A DNA stretch of 32,909 bases from assembly GCA_036172245.1 (NCBI GenBank), contig JAYWIR010000112.1:124001-156909 (forward strand), written 5' to 3'. The stretch is from Raillietiella orientalis (Eukaryota). Made by a program: the position numbers and the translations under genes. This document shows positions 31,453 to 32,909 of this stretch, one piece after another (within the stretch, counting starts at the first letter, position 1; every line of letters begins with the position of its first letter). The notes under the pieces were generated by a model. It made no database searches, was not told the DNA's origin, and saw only the letters and a program-made list of their open reading frames with translations.

Positions 31453-32788
31453 CACGTCTATCCGCGGCAACGTTCGGCCAACTTTGTGCCTGCGTTTACG
31501 CTCGCACTTGTGTGTTCCTGTGCAATCTGCCAAGTAGCATAGTGCAACATCACCAGTACACAGGATAGTGTGGAGGAGCAAGCCACTAGATGCACTTCAG
31601 CTGCACTTGAAGTGGCCGCATCCTCCGTAATGGTTTCCTCGCCCCAGGTTAGGAGTTACGCCGCCGTTACCTCTTCAAGTCCAGGACCCTGCGTTGCGGA
31701 GTTCCAGGCATATGTGTCATCAGGATACATGCCTGCACTCCGTAATAAGGTCAGTGGGCCCCTTAACGGGAGAATCGGTCGTGAGCTCAATGATAAGCTC
31801 GTCCGGATCGGCGTTCGCGAGGAGGAACTCCTTGCCATAATGCCTGCTGGCAGGATGGAATATACGAAGATTCGGTGCAAGAACGCAGCACTTGTGCAGC
31901 GCCTTCTCCGTACGCCGTTGACCATCAATGGCAAGGAAATCCTACCTATCGCGATGGACGACTCTTTTGTCGTTCAATTGTGCGACATCAAACCGGAAAT
32001 CTCCGACCGCGATGTCGTAAGTGTGCTTGCGAAGTTCGTCACCGTGTACGCTCTGTGGAGGATGCCAAATCCTCTAAAGGATTTCCACTCTGTTCACATT
32101 GGACAAGCCTCCGCGCGGATCACCGTCGCGAACAGGCGGGTTGTGCCTGAGCAGCTGCAGGTGAACCGCACGGTCGTTCACCTGTGGTTCATACGCCAGA
32201 ATCGCGCGTGCGAGCATTGCGAAAAGGATGGGCACCGAATTAAAGAGTGCCCCTCTCTAAGTTGCCACTATTGGAAAGAATCCGGGCACGAAATCAAAAA
32301 GTGCCTGGTACTTGCAAGAAAAAGAGCCGCAGCGGAAAATCGTCGGGTTCAAGAGAAAACTGCACGAAAAGCCGCAGCGGGAAATAAAAAACGTCCACAA
32401 AATCTCGCAAAAAACCACGAGCGATCGGCAGATGAAAAGAAAGCATCCCCGAACGCAACGCCCCGAAAGGAGAAAGTCACGGCGGGGAAGCCAATTAAAA
32501 AGGGGTGCGAGGGTTTCACGCGTGCCGTGCCCCACTCTCTTCCGAACTCGCAGGCACCTCTCCGAGCCAGGAACCAGAGAATCTCCGTAACACCCTGGAG
32601 GGAAAGGTAGGAAAACAGGAACATCGCAACAGTGCGAAGAATGCTTGCCACGTTCGTTTGTCTCATCCGAGTTCCGGACAGCCCCACTGCAGCGCAGGCC
32701 CTTCTGCAAAGGTTACCAAAGCCGTAAAAAGGAGCGTCGCGACGAGCAAAAGCACGCTGCATGCTGTCGCCCCATCGCCGACTCGGCA
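29575..32788. repeat. Right arm of a ~3.2 kb inverted repeat (partner ~663-3883)
   Basis: Same evidence as the left arm. Homology ends at CCCATCGCCGACTCGGCA (~32788). Confidence 0.9.
31570..32788 (+). pseudogene. ORF1 copy A', divergent from copy E ORF2; frameshifted and 3'-truncated
   Basis: ORFs 31570..32610 and 32505..32834. Knuckles CEHCEKDGHRIKEC and CHYWKESGHEIKKC (second Cys of the second knuckle changed to Trp). Confidence 0.9.
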
Positions 32789-32909
32789 GTTTTCTCCAAG
32801 TCCCGCGAGGAGTGGAATAAATTTATTTTTCTAAAATTTTTCTATAAAAACATTCACACTACAATCTATCCATACCACTTTTTCTTAACCACTCTGAAGT
32901 CCTTGGTTT

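Noticed and set aside
663..32788. Inverted arms as TIRs of a giant DNA transposon, or as DIRS/Penelope terminal repeats
   Set aside because: The arms are LINE coding sequence. No transposase, tyrosine recombinase, GIY-YIG, integrase or RNase H is seen.
1..32909. CRISPR array, rRNA, tRNA or prokaryotic operon
   Set aside because: There are no short regularly spaced repeats or RNA-gene signatures, and the content is eukaryotic retrotransposon DNA.

Overview
Eukaryotic repeat DNA with no recognisable host gene. The window is a dense nest of one lineage of non-LTR retrotransposon of the L1/Tx1 type. ORF1 has an RRM-like region and two CX2CX4HX4C knuckles. ORF2 has an APE endonuclease, an RT and a C-terminal CX2C..HX4C zinc finger. 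Two GC-rich clusters of recognisable but defective copies (1-15.4 kb and 24.6-32.8 kb) flank a more AT-rich stretch (15.4-24.6 kb) that holds much older relics of the same family. No intact autonomous copy is present. The striking feature is the architecture. Every recognisable element 5' end and 3' end is fused to an opposite-strand fragment of the same family, nearly always of ORF2. Three of these junctions recur at the same position in separate, diverged copies: the 3' end joined at RT motif DLHKAFD, the 5' end joined to an in-frame ATG in the EN-RT linker, and the 5' end joined at the EN QE motif. The pattern suggests an 'element / antisense-ORF2 spacer / element' unit or antisense self-targeting. 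The family also has a conserved AATAAA plus terminal stem-loop with no poly(A) tail, an endonuclease that seems to lack the target-recognition hairpin loop, and gene-conversion-like mosaicism between copies. Boundaries were placed by eye and are approximate. The organism cannot be identified from the sequence alone.
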